DNA from: Perkinsus olseni | Lineage: Eukaryota | DNA: 64,000 nt | Assembly (NCBI GenBank): GCA_013115125.1 | Contig: JABANN010000009.1 | Coordinates: 1 to 64,000 of the forward strand | Direction of reading: 5' to 3' | The notes under the pieces: model-generated | The model's database searches: none | What the model saw: the letters and a program-made list of their open reading frames with translations, nothing else | Told to the model about the DNA's origin: nothing | Shown: positions 13,843 to 26,500 of the stretch, piece after piece | Position numbering within the stretch: the stretch's first letter is position 1 | Layout: each line of letters begins with the position of its first letter | Program-made: the position numbers and the translations under genes

Positions 13843-14673
13843 TCATCTCTTGTCAGCCTTCTTCGTCGTCCGAGGCATGCCTCGATAGCTCTGCACTCTC
13901 GAAGGAGCATCTACAGGGCGTTCAACGTGAGTAAAGTCACTCTTCACTGGGTGCCTCAAAACTCTGTCTCCTCGCCCGGATATGTGACGTATAGCGATAT
14001 CTGGCGATGGTATCTTTCGCGATGCTTGCACAAGACAACTAGGTTACCGGCTCCTGAGTAGACAATGATGTCGGCTAATATTTCCCGATGGCACTGCCGC
14101 CAGTCGCCTTCGCTGCACAGCAATACCGTCACCCGGCCGTCCTTGAGTGATTCAATCAGCTTCAGAACCTGCCAATAGAAATTACCCCAGGAAGCAGCTT
14201 AGACGCCCTGGCCCCCGAATAAAACTCTTCAAAGCTACGTTCCCGGACCGAGTTTGCAACGCGAAGGCACATCGGTGCTAGTCCAACTAAGCCGTACCGT
14301 CGGCATTGGACTTTGAACTCACACAAACACGGAAACTCTCCCTACCATTCGACGCTCTCACCTGCTCAATACCCTCCTTCGTAGCCGTCCCGTTCCACTG
14401 ATCATCATAGACAACAGCTCGGCCCTTCCCACCGAGCCATTCGTGATGCTCGTAGTCGATACCAGCGGCCTCGAGTGATGCTTTTAGCGGCTTCGCACAG
14501 AAGTGTGGGAATCTGTTCCCTACAATTTCTCCTGTGTTCCTGCGTTGAGCCTACCTCTTTGAAAACGGGCTTTGTCTGACATCCACTACGCGGCTTACGT
14601 TGAAGGTTTTCAAAGTCTCCAGAAGGCTCTCGATGGAGCGATTAGTGTGGCCGATAGTGAACAGGGTTGTCAT
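13843..14673 (-). CDS. DUF488-family protein (4 exons)
   Basis: MTTLFTIGHTNRSIESLLETLKTFNVSRVVDVRQSPFSKR|FPHF...LEAAGIDYEHHEWLGG...|VLLCSEGDWRQCHREILAD...|IRHI; the TIGH, VDVR, LGG and CxE...CHR motifs are typical of DUF488. Confidence 0.85.
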
Positions 14674-15680
14674 GAGCTTGCTGCTTGTTATCACTGCTAT
14701 GAGTATCCCTGAGGAGAGCTTCTTGACAATCTGTCTCATTGCACTGCATAAACGCTACAGAAAGCCCCTAACAGAGCACGAGTCTAAGCCGGAACCGGCG
14801 TTGGACTATACTCTCATACACACACTACGAGTATCTTGAGTTTGCGCTACCCTCAGCCTGAGCGTTACTTTCTGTGCTCAATAAGCTTGCCTGAACTCAT
14901 CCCTCTTGAAACGAAATCGGTGCTAGTCTGACCAAGTCGATTTGCAGCGTTGGGCTCACACACTCACTATGAGTAACGCAAGATCAACAATGAGATAGGA
15001 AACACTGAAACTAGTGCGAAGAATCCATGCAGCCCAGGGCCGATGAAGTTCTTGATACAGAAACAGTGAAAACTAGCGAACAGTAGATACTGAAAGTTTG
15101 TTAAGATGAAAGTAAAGGAATACAGTCATCGCGCACTGAGTGCGAAGCTAGGGACGTCCCGCTTGGTCTTCTCAGCGAACGTGTCGCTAAGAAGGGTCAT
15201 TGATGATGATGCTCTCCACCCTAGGAGAGATGTCAACGCTAGGTTCAAACTCGAACTAACGCAGACAGGAATAGATGAGCGGCATATGGCTCAATAGGAC
15301 TCCGGTCTACTGGAGAAAAGGCGGAGAGAAACAACAGAGTAAACGATCTCTGGAAAAGATCGTAACCTACTATGCTGAATGATACGAGAATAGAATAACG
15401 AGCAATGGTTCAGTGCAAAGGCCACCGCTACGGGTGTAAATCAAACGAACAACAACAACAGAGGAAAGTCAAACACATGAGAATAGAATCTACGAACCGG
15501 CGCTGATGACGGCTGGACGCTTTCTGAAGCACCGGGCGGGAGAGGATGAGCCAAAACTCACTATGAAGACATGTATCTTATAATAGTCGGCAGCAGTCCT
15601 GAGGGAAATTATAATGAAGACGTCAGATCTCTCTGAAACGGCCAAATGTACAACGCAGGTTTGCCACAGAGGGACCTTAT

Positions 15681-16094
15681 TTATCGGTAGTAGTATATAC
15701 TTGGGGTTGAGGAAATTGTGATGGGCATGGTCAAACGCCTGAGCTCAGGGGATGTCCTCGGCTTCTCGGCGAACTCCGGCAAATTGGGCACCTCGAACTT
15801 GTTCCGGCACAGCGGGCAGGAGGTGCCTCTCAGTTTCTGTGATCTCACAGTGAGCCACTCTTGAAGGCACTCACGGTGGAAGGAGTGACCGCAACGGAGA
15901 ACGAAATCGGGGCCGTGTTCTAGACAAATACAGCAGGGCTCGAGGGAACCGGCTTCCAGTGAGGACTCGCGGCAAGGCCTGCCGTTCTGTCCGAGCAAGA
16001 TGTCGATCTTACGACCAACGCTCATGTCGCTCTTGGTCTCTCGACGGACCTTTTCTGGCGTGTGTGCTGTTGTTCTGGTGCGGAAGAAGAGCAT
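15681..16094 (-). CDS. Small RING-H2 zinc-finger protein (putative E3 ubiquitin ligase)
   Basis: CCICLE...LRCGHSFHRECLQEWL...SCPLCR (C3H2C3 pattern). Start uncertain. Confidence 0.8.
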   Translation of the reverse strand: MLFFRTRTTAHTPEKVRRETKSDMSVGRKIDILLGQNGRPCRESSLEAGSLEPCCICLEHGPDFVLRCGHSFHRECLQEWLTVRSQKLRGTSCPLCRNKFEVPNLPEFAEKPRTSPELRRLTMPITISSTPSIYYYR

Positions 16095-16236
16095 GGCAAA
16101 TCAGGCAATAACGGAGAGTGGCAAACGCTGAGGAAATGACGACTGAATAGTAGACCGACAAGTTCGATCGTCGCGGCCACGGTCGGAACCGGAAACAACA
16201 GTGCCAAGGATGATTAAATACCGTAAATTCCGCAAA

Positions 16237-19200
16237 TCACCGCTCCCTCAAGCGGGCTAGCGAAGGACAACAAGCGTTGATCACAGAAACATGGAAATTG
16301 AAACGTTCATTTGTTGGCATCATGCAGCCACTGCTCAGCAAGATACTCCAACCCGTCTTGCGACGTCCCTGTATTGAATTTTCTCGGAGGCTTCCTGCCA
16401 CGTCTCGGCCTCGGCAACTTCGAGCCAAGGACCAAATGAGGATGCACCAGCGGTCCCTGAAAGAGGTATCTCGGCCGAAGGGGACAGCGCACACAAAACG
16501 CCTAGCCTCCCACGGGCAAGAACGGGGTGGACTTACGTCTGCCGAATGAATGTCCAACCGCCGAGTCATTCGATGTTCGATCAGCATCAGCACATAAGCA
16601 TCTTCTGCTGAGAGCAGAACCGCTGCAGCGGACAGGGGCCGGAAGTCCCAGTTGATATCTCGCCGCTACGAAAACTCGAAGCTGTATTGATTGTGGCGTG
16701 CGGATGTACAGCTGTTACCCGTATCTTAGGTTCACCGGGGGTGAGTATCATTTTGGTGCTGTCCTCCTTGGCAACATAATTATAAAGAAGAGCACGAGAG
16801 CTCATCAGACCGCCATGTAGCTCTATCTCATGGGACAGGCTAGCCGGCACTGAGCTGGCTCCACGGGCGACAGCTTCATGCTCTCGGGCCTTGGCGATGG
16901 CTTCCGCTGAAACATAACACATGAGAGAGAAACTATTGTTTGCCGCTTAGATGCTCTGATACTGGCACTGAAAGACTGAGAAGCGTCACAAAAACCCAGA
17001 TAGCCGTGGTGATTTGGCATAAAATCACAGACCTCGTGGCGCAATGGAAGCGCGTCGGTTTCCGGAGCCGAAGGTTGCGGGTTCAAGTCCCGCCGGGGTT
17101 AATTTTCTCACTGATATCTTCTTGCTGTAACATCATTTCCGCGACCTCAGTCGGATCAGTGATTCCATTTTCTTTCCACCGCTCAACCTTCCGTATCCGC
17201 CGCTGACGAAGATCGACAACGTTCGTGTACCTAACAAATATTCCAAAGCAATTCGAGTCGCCACGTCACCCCAGGTCGCTCGAGTTACAAACATGAATAA
17301 AGATACGTTCGCGCCCTATCCCACTTGATCTTCCGCATATCCCCGACGTCCCTGTCCGCTGCCCAGTTCGATGCCCGTAGTTCATCATTTGCATAGGCCC
17401 GGATTTGCTCCGAGTCGTTCCAATCCAGCTGGTCCTCCTCCTCGTCGACCGCCAACTGTGTGCCACTTGGGTCCTAAAGTCCCAACCTTCATATATCGAG
17501 GCCATTAATAGACAACTTACTCCTTTAAAACCATACATGAGCGTGTTCAAGCGCTGCAACAAATTGGTAAAAACCATCTGAAAAAGTACCGCATGAAGAT
17601 GCCCAGCGGCGATACGTCCCCAATACGCAAACTTTGCGAGCGGTGGGCTCCTTCAACAGCCAGTCGAGTACGAACTTGAGCGTTGTTTGAAAACCCGCCG
17701 CAGACATGATGTCGCTGTGAAGACACGATATGTCGATGACGTAGGTAGCGCTCGGAGTCGCGATAGTGAACACAGACGGCGGGAAGGGGATATCATCTTC
17801 GGCCTCGTTCTCCTGAAGAGCTCGAGAAGTATACCCGAATCAGCGAGGATGTCACCTCGTAGTTGAGAGCAACAAGCCAATCCCGACAGGTGGGGCTGCC
17901 GAGTTCGGCCAGCTTGCGGTTATGCTCTTCGAGCTCACGCCGCATACGACGGTACATCGCCGCTAGCTGGGCCGGGCTACTAACCTGGCAGTAGCCGTGC
18001 ACGACCGAAGCAACCCCGAGGGCTGTACCAAGTAAATTCTCTCCTCCGAAAGTGGTAGAAGCTCATCAAAAGGAAGGTCTGTGTTATCGACACTCTCCAG
18101 TGCATCAGTGGTGGACTCGTCCCACACCACCATCTCCGTCTCGTGCAGCTCTTCGTCATCGCTACCCTGGAAATCTTCGTACCGCGGCGCTTCTATCATT
18201 CTCGCTTCGTTAGTCTCGCGGTCGATACCTCGTCAAAGATAATGGAAATTTCGAACGCAATGAAGACGCTACTTCCGGCTGCCTCCCAGACAATAGTCGT
18301 GACCGTCTCATAAGCCCACTGATCCAGCAGGAGCCCCGTGTCCGGATCTCGCGACCTCAGATGGCTGAGGGATGGCCTCCAGCAGCGTCACCACTCGGTC
18401 GACTCACTCGACACACTCCCGCCACACTGTCCCTTCGCTATCGCCCGGAGTTTCCGTGGCGATGTGCTCGAGAAAGTTCCGAAGCATATGAGAACTGCGT
18501 CGCCAGCAGATCTCTTCAACAGCCTGAATCTCGAGGCTTCGATCACTTTGAACCAGCGTGTTTGAATTACTCGCTTCAAACTCCACTGGCTACCCTCGGC
18601 CACTGGCTCTCTGAAGTCCGTCGGCCGCATCGCTAACAGGAGCGATACACCGTCGAACGTGACGTGGTCGTGCTTGTTCAGACGACAACTCATTATTGTG
18701 TCAAAATTCGGGCCAGTCAATTTTGTTACATCCATTGGTAACCTAAAGATACTCGCTACCCCGTTTCTGGAGAAGTTGTTCTCTCCTTACTTTTTGTAGA
18801 CCGTCATGAAGCCATACGGGCCGGCGGCCTCCAAGATAAAATTCGGGTCGAATTTCGCGATGTTGCCACTTCGATTGATGCCGAAGCTGCAGCAGGGCGA
18901 TTTTATGCTACCGGCACGACCACAACCGATTCGCGTACCGCAGCAGGGGCTGATAGACCATGTCCTTCACCAGCTGATACTGTTTCCTCTTGATCTTCGG
19001 AGCGACGCGCTTCACGAGGTCTCGATTGAGAAGGGCGAAAATGTGATGAGATTTCGGGTGGGCGAAGTGCCTGAGGCTTCGCCCACATTTTCGGAGATTT
19101 GCCACGGGGCCCTTACCGGTCGAGCATCAGACTGATCGCTACGTAAAGTTCACTTTGGAGTTGATCGACTGCGGCGACTCTGTCAATTGGTTCTTTGGTG

Positions 19201-19945
19201 CGTTGGGCATCAACCGCACGCATCACGACATTAACAACAAGGTCCTCCAGTTTACCTGCATGCCGTGGTGGAAATAAAAGGCGTTCAAAAAAGTAGAGAA
19301 AATTTGAAACTACGGCCCTCCCAAAGCTGCCTCGCAAGGACAATCGCCATCATTTCCGCGTGGAGCTTACAATTTTCCGGTAAAGTTACCCCTGAATACT
19401 AATGTTCCAGAACAAGACAATTTGAGTCGCTCGAGCGTGCCTCCGCTCACCGCCTACAGCCGATACTTATCCCTACGGGCAAATCTGCTGCCGGAATTCC
19501 CTGCTACAACAACCGCTACGAGATAGACGTATGAATCACCCACTTACCCCTGCTGCTCAGCCGGGGTACCAATTTTACAAGAGGCTCGTTCGCATAGATC
19601 GTAAATGTAGGTGCCGTACCATAGCCAGTAGTAGGGACCTCGAAAAGATACGCTAGGGCACCTTACGAACACTCATTGGGCTACTTGGGGATCGAGAGTA
19701 GGGCTGGGGTGCTCTAAAGGCGATACAACGTTAATGAGGTGATCACGCTCCTCCACGCTCAGCTTGACGTCGTCATCTGCAAGAGGTAGGGACACGAGAC
19801 CACTGCCTTCGCCTGCAGGCAAGTTGACAGCCTTTCCGGTAGGTCTTCGCAGTAGGGCCCCTGTTACCCCGCTGAACCAACGGATAGAGAGTCTCGCAGA
19901 GGGAGATCGAAAAGTAGCAGTCCCATACAACATCAAGCCTGACAA
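16237..19945 (-). CDS. Multi-exon protein with a C-terminal DEDDy-type (Mut-7/EXD/WRN-like) 3'-5' exonuclease fold and degenerate catalytic residues; ends approximate
   Basis: WLVALNYEV (ExoI-like), FTIATPSATYVIDI, LDWLLKEPTARK, and a spliced exon reading RRDINWDFRPLSAAAVLLSAEDAYVLML (ExoIII-like NWxxRPL....AxDA). The join across intron 16907-17111 (QQEDI-T-EAIAKAR) is in frame. Confidence 0.65.
17030..17101 (+). tRNA. trnR-CCG: tRNA-Arg(CCG), inside intron 16907-17111 of the minus-strand exonuclease-like gene
   Basis: GACCTCGTGGCGCAATGGAAGCGCGTCGGTTTCCGGAGCCGAAGGTTGCGGGTTCAAGTCCCGCCGGGGTTA: acceptor GACCTCG/CGGGGTT, anticodon stem TCGGT/GCCGA with loop TTCCGGA, T-loop GGTTCAAG, followed by TTTT. 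Confidence 0.93.
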
Positions 19946-20328
19946 AATAACGAAACGTCGTCAAGACTGGACAGTGGAGCGCGGCGAGCCCAGAAAGAAG
20001 CTTCGGGTGGCTTTCCGGGACGAGGATCTCGAAAGTTCTGACGAGCAAAAGCTGTTACAGTAGTATGATGGAAAAAGCATAATATCATACCAGGGAAAAT
20101 GTTTGGCAAAGCACGCTTTCCCATGATCAAAATCCGCCGGAAAAAATATAAAACGCTTTTTCATGATATGGGAGCTTGGGTTAACTGTATTGCGACTCAC
20201 CTCTAGAACTACTTTGCGACGTACATCTCCGAGCGCGCAAAAACCCACCGTCCGAAAGTACGTCGACCGGGTACTCTGCCAAACAAGCCATGACGAGGGA
20301 AATACAGATTAGCGCGAACGACGCATGA

Positions 20329-21575
20329 TCAAAACTGCTTAGGACCGGAGTGACCGCTGGACGGATGTCGCAAAGAGCAAATGATGCACAAAAACGATAG
20401 GCCTGAGAGGGAGGCCAGCAATGCTACAACTACTCTGAGAATAACAGAATCTTCCGAATCACTCCAGCCAGACACGCAGGAGAAAGATACGACGACACGC
20501 CAGAACGCTCTGTCTGGCAGGACAAATAAGTAGACTGTCGGTCTCACTAGCTCAATCGCCATCATTTCGACGACGTCCACTGGCATCAAGGCTGCGACCA
20601 AAGTCGGGTAGAAAAACGCTATGAGAGCAATCAATGACAGTCGACTACGAACAAGACTTCTCCAATAGATTCGCCCGAGTTTCGAGCGAAGGGCGAAGTT
20701 TCCACAGAACCATACAGTGAGGCAATCTTGCCGCAAAGCACATCTCGATCTGAATCAGCGGTGCACGCGAGATTGGCAGTCGAAGCGGCGGCTTGAACGT
20801 CCCTTGCAAAAGCTTGAAGATCAGGCAGCTCTTCAAGCACAACAAAGACAACACTGAGAACCACGTACAATACCCTGGCTGTCACGGTTGGGCACGCTAG
20901 CTGGAAAGCCCAATAGACCGACCTCAAGGTGCCCCAGAAGAGCAAGTGGGTGACCAAAAACTGCGGCCAAATCTCGATATTCTCATCGCTGAGGTCGTTA
21001 AGGAACACGCCCGCCTCATAGACACACCAAAGGCGTTGAGAGTACGATGCGCTCCACATTACGGCGAATCTTCGGGAGGCCGAGATAGCATGGTCGATTA
21101 AACCAATACCGATGGCACGAAGCTCTGGATCAGTCTGATGGATACAATAAGAATCGTAAAATAGAGAAACACGACTTGGATGGAAGACGCCCTCGACGAC
21201 GAAGCAAATAAGAAACGTAAACCAATTAATAAGGACACACAAGGATGGGGGTAGAAGCAGATGGTGCCGACAGAATAAACTGATAGAAAAAGCGACAAAA
21301 AATGGTGCACCCGAGGAGAACCTCAGAATCATGAAACATTCCTTCTCATAAGATCGAGCAGACCAAGCATGGCTGACGAATTAATCGATAGTTGACCGTG
21401 GATACTCAGAAGAGGTCACATGGGAAGCTTCCCCGAACTTGGTGAGGTAAAGGCACTAAGCAGTCCAAGTGCGAAGGAGTCGTCCGACTTCAACAGCCCT
21501 GACGAGACTTCGCTCAGGCTCGTTCGTTATAATGGATTTAACGCGGAGGTAAGTACAGTAATAGACGAAATGAGG
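20329..21575 (-). pseudogene. Decayed intronless TIR/HET-like-domain membrane protein gene
   Basis: One frame reads SLVRAVEVGRLLRTWTA*CLYL...STID*FVSHAWS...LFYDSYCIHQTDPELRAIGI...MWSASYSQRLWCVYEAG; in-frame stops at 21456-21458 (TAG) and 21381-21383 (TAA), and an apparent frameshift near 20700 into the hydrophobic ORF 20329-20736. Confidence 0.6.
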
Positions 21576-21925
21576 TTGGGGATACTGAAAGGAGGACCTC
21601 ATAGGTTATGAGCTATGAGTCCACCCGAGTCCTCCAGGCTTCGGGATGAGATCGGATAGTTGCGCGACTTCATAACAACAGAAAGTGGCGAGAACAGCTC
21701 AATACCACTCAGAGTAACAAAGTTTAAATATCTCGAACGTCCGACATCAACAGGACGAGAGCTGTAATCGATAAGCACGGCGACCATTTTGGGGCGAGCG
21801 AGATTTACATTCTAGCGGAGCGAAGGACTCTTTGATATTTCCATCAGCGCAAGATTCGTCGCTTGGTCGAACTGCGTGCAAGTCGCCTTATCGTCGCTTT
21901 GGCAGATTGCTCCTCTTTTGACATC

Positions 21926-23503
21926 ATGGGAGAAGGCGAAGGCGGCCTCGACAAACGAGTTGAATTCGTTCTGCGGAGAATCTACGCCGTTTTCGGGTAA
22001 GTCGACGAGTTTTGTATCTACCTATGGTCGACCTTAGATACTCCAAGTACGACAAATTCAAGTCTACCATCTTGAACCAGAAGGAAGATTCTCCCTTGAG
22101 AGCCATCGAGACCTTCTTAGATGACCCCGAGGTGCCCACCATCCCTAACAATGGTTCCATACCATAACTTTCGTTACTCTCAGTGTACAGCCTTCTTCGC
22201 CTATCAAGGCTCAGGCGAGAGTCTCGTCGCGACCACCCAGAGCCCGGGTTCGGTCGCTCAGATCAAGAAGAAAGTGCTGATCGTCTGTCGAGCTAAGGTA
22301 AGTGCCCTGGGTCAATCTGAGGCGTCGATCAGAAAACCAATTCCGAAATTTAGAGTCGCTTTGGAACTATATCATTTCGGAATTCATTCGAAAATTTGCT
22401 TTCACGCGGGAAATGCGGTTTCAGAATCGATTCTGAAGGTGCAGCAAACTAGTACTGAAACTCAGCATCGCTTGTGGACCCCTATTTCACGAGCAAAAAT
22501 CAAACTCAGAACAGAGTCTGAGTTTCGGAATTACTTATCGAATGGCTTTCTTATCAACTGGCGTTGTGTCAGGCGGAAGTTGAGATCTCCGCGGACAACA
22601 TGGTCGATTCTATCGTCGTCCAGGAGCTCTCCAAGAGGTTCCTCGAGAACATCAACAGCCTCCTTAACGGGGCGTAAGTCACGTCATCTTGATTCTTCAT
22701 GATGCTCTCGCGGGGACTAGTGTAAATTATACTTTGCATGCTAGTCTACGGAGAGAGACTCTCCCGATGGGGGGGGAGATTTTCCAATCGCGAGAAAATC
22801 TACGAGATAGCGTGGAATCCACGAACAGCGAAATTTTCCAATCGAAATTCTCCGATTTTCAATCGGCACAAAGATTTTCCATCGCGGCCTTTGAAAGGAA
22901 GCGGAAGTTCCTTTTTGGTGCATTCTCGCTCATCGCCAAAAATTTGTATTACATACGACGGTAATCGGGCTCCCGAGGGGCGTTTTAATCGGCATCATCA
23001 AAATCTGGCCGTCTAAGAAGTCGGCAGTGGGACTCGGTACGCGAGTATTCGAACTTGGAATGCTGAGCATGAGCTCAGCCACTGTTCGCTTAGAGATAAA
23101 TCGACGGTGCGCGAAATTAATGACCGATTTCCACTTCTACGGGCGAGGGGTGAGCTCGGATAGTGCCTTTCTGAACCACCTTCGTGAAGCGAGAAGCTGA
23201 CGCCTTTATTGGGAGGGTTGTTGGTGGAGAATTCATGATGACGACAGAAATTTAGTCCGGTGTGGAAACTTTGTGGCAGCGTTCGGGCTGAGTGCATAAC
23301 GCAACAGAGAACTCATCGCTCAGCCATTGGATCTGACAGCGAGACCTCGGTGCGTTCGGAGCGACTTGCGCGTCACAGTCGGGGCAAGGCTTGCTCCGGT
23401 CTTGCTAGCGACAGCGTTGGGCTCGAAACTGGTACACACTGACCTTGATGAAGTAAAAGTGGAACCGGAAACCCCGAATACAGTCTTTCTGTTCGTCAAT
23501 TTT

Positions 23504-23564
<61 letters not shown>

Positions 23565-26500
23565 GCTCGGTTCGGCTAGAGCCTGTGGGCGTATCTTAGG
23601 TCGATCATGGTCATTGATAAGGTACTGTTCTGCCCTGTCGAATCCTTTGAACCAGCGAGGTTGGTCGGACTTGATTTCCAAGGACCTCCTCGGCAAGTTC
23701 TACGGATTCCTCTCGACGCTTCACGTCACTCATGGACTGATGGAAGGAAGAACTGTAAGTTTGCGGAGTTGGCGGATTTTTGGTATGGCAAGGATTCGTC
23801 GGCACTACAATCTGAAAGGGAAAAATGCAACATGCTAAAATGAGGCCACCATGCCTAGTAGCGCAACTCTCGGCGATGGGGAGTGATGGCTGCCTCGCCG
23901 ATCGGCCTGGTGGCCCCATTTTTTGGGGAATTGCATTTTATTCGTGTAGGGTTACGTCATTATCTGGTATTCCATAGAAGGAAGACTACTCGAAAAAATT
24001 GTGGCCGCTATTCCATGTCGGAGAAAACTCAACAGCAGCAGTTATCAATTCTTCGACTGTCGTTCTCTCCTTACTTACCCTCGTCGTTGCGTGCGGCATA
24101 GTGGCCTCATTTTCCGTTACATTTTGGTATCGGTTCTCGCCAGGTTCTCCCGCTGCCCCCGAGAGAATCCACTCAGCCGTCTCCGCCGTCGGACGGCCCC
24201 GGAATGCAGGAAACGGTACGCGTCTTTTCGAATATTTTTATCAATACCAACTTTTTCGCAGATCGCGAAGGACAAGATCCACGCCCTGGAGAGCTCCCTG
24301 ATCACTTGGACGAAGCAAGTGAAGCATGTCTTGAAACAGGAGCCGGAGGCGGCTCTCAAGGACCCGACGAGAAATCCTGAACCGATGGTCGAGGTCGAAT
24401 TCTGGAAGCTCAAGGCCAACAACCTCAACTCGGTAGTATCTTAGGTTGATGAATACGTGCCACGGAATTTCGCGGCAGAGAAGGGAATTTAGGAGTTGTG
24501 GTCGTGCGAGTAGCATAAATTTTTCCTGCAGCTTTCGAAAGGAATGTCCTGCATGAGGGAGTATCGATTTTCTTGCGGAAATTCCGATTTGCAAAAAAAC
24601 ATCTTCTTTGTTTTTTGAGCTCAATTGTATCGGAAATTTCTGGAGTGAAATTGCGGTTTTGCGAGTATCTTTCTCACTTGCCCAGGTCCATGATCAACTT
24701 GAGGCGGAGGAGCTGCGCAGAGTTCTCAGCATCTTGAAGGAGAATAAGAGTACTTATGTCGAACCATTCCGGAGGCTGCAGGAGGAAGTTGAGCGTGCTC
24801 GTGACGAAGCAAATGATAATGTCAAATTTTTATCGTCATTGACGAAATATTTTGAGAAGTTGGCGAGCGACGCGGTCGACTTTGCGGATCTGGAGAAGCT
24901 GTTCGACCCAATCCTGCATACGATATTGTTGGTCTGGAAGCACTCGAAGTACTACAACACTCCGGCGCGACTGGTTGTTCTGATGAGGTAATAATAACGC
25001 GGGAATGTTTTTTAATACCAAATTTCGACGAATTCTTGACGAAAGGGAGAGATGGAATTTTTCTACGCGTAGAAACGTAAAAAGCGGCAAAAACTTAATT
25101 TTTCGGCGTGAAACTGATTTTTGTGCTCTCGGTATCACTCGAATCTGCCAGCGGTTTCTGGAGGCGAGAACAGTTTCAGAACCAAACTTCTCTGAACTTT
25201 TGACGGAAGGGGTAGACGGACTTTTCCTATACGAAACGAAGCTAGAAACGTGAAAAACTGCAAAAAGTGGAAACTCTGAAAACTGATTCTACTGGCGTGA
25301 AACTGATTTTGGTGCTCTCGCTATTGTCAGGCAAATTTGCAACAGCATCATCGCCCAAGCGTGTCGATTTGTTAACGGTCCTCAAGTGTTCGCGATGATA
25401 GCGAACGAAGAAGCGAACGAAGCTGTCGAGAAATTGGAAAAAACTTTGGAAATTTGCACGGCGTTCCGCGACAAGTACTTTTTTTACAGAGATGTTGCTG
25501 AGCAACAGGGCAAGGAAGGTGGCTGGAGAATCCAAACCAGTGCCCTCTTCGTGAGGTTGGATGCCTTCCGGGAAAGATGCCGCGATACTCTCGATTTTAC
25601 TAAGACGATCGTGCAGTTTTTCAAACTCGAACGGGTCGAAATCGGCGGGACGAAGGGCCGGGAGCTGACCGCGTCGCTACAGCAAGTTTTCGAGGAGTTC
25701 AAGCAGGCTGTGGAGGTCTTCCAGGCGGTGTCGTATGATATCATGGACGTCGGGGCGCGCGCTTTTGACCACGATTTTTACAAGTTTCGGTCTGCGGTTA
25801 AGAACTTGGACCAGCGTCTCGGTGCGGTTTTGGGCAGTGGGTTCGACGATTTGGATACCATCCCGGGTCGGCTGAAGTTGTTTGACGCTTTCGAGGGTCT
25901 TCTGGAGCGAGCGATATTACAGGATGAGCTGGAGAGGAGGTTCGCTGCTCTGTTGGGGCAGTACCATGAGGACCTGATCGAGGTGCAGAGGCTGTATCTT
26001 GATAATAAGATGAAGATTTGCTCGGCTACCGATGATGCTCCCCTGTTTGAAAATGTAAGAATCGGGCGAATTTCGGTAGGTTGGTCGTTTAATCTTGAGG
26101 GTCGTGGAATAGATTTCCTCTGTTTCCTCGTGAAAACCGTAATCATTCCGGAAATTTCCGGATTAATTCCTGTTTTTCAGATGCCTCCAGTAGCCGGTGC
26201 TATCTACTGGGCTCGGTCTCTCCGTAGTCGGGTGGCAGGACCGATGCCGAAAATATTGGTATACAGCGAGATGGTGAAGGAGCAACCGGACGATTTTGCG
26301 GAGGTTGAAAGACTGCATTCGGCGCTGTGCAAGATTTTGGACGACTTCGAGCAGCAGATGTAAGGCTGCGTTTTTTCTGTCTCTTTATGACGGTATGAGA
26401 CCTATGATAAGCGATGGCTATGAAGACGCGGTTCGGTAAAATCTTTTTGGAAGGGGGCGCTAAGTGTCTTATATCTGAGCTGGATCTCCTGCCTAGGTTT

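Noticed and set aside
19764-20063. Charged plus-strand ORF overlapping the start of the exonuclease-like gene
   Set aside because: No ATG start or recognisable domain, and it conflicts with the better-supported minus-strand model, though it cannot be fully excluded.
21381-21458. Stop-codon reassignment explaining in-frame TAA/TAG
   Set aside because: Conserved genes in the window end normally at TAA/TAG/TGA with no internal stops, and the same relic also has a frameshift.
23236-23337. Possible intronic C/D snoRNA (ATGATGA...CTGA)
   Set aside because: No convincing terminal stem or recognisable rRNA antisense element by eye; needs snoscan or Infernal.
23327-23696. Poly-His and poly-Asp ORFs
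   Set aside because: Translation artefacts of the intronic (ATC)20 microsatellite.
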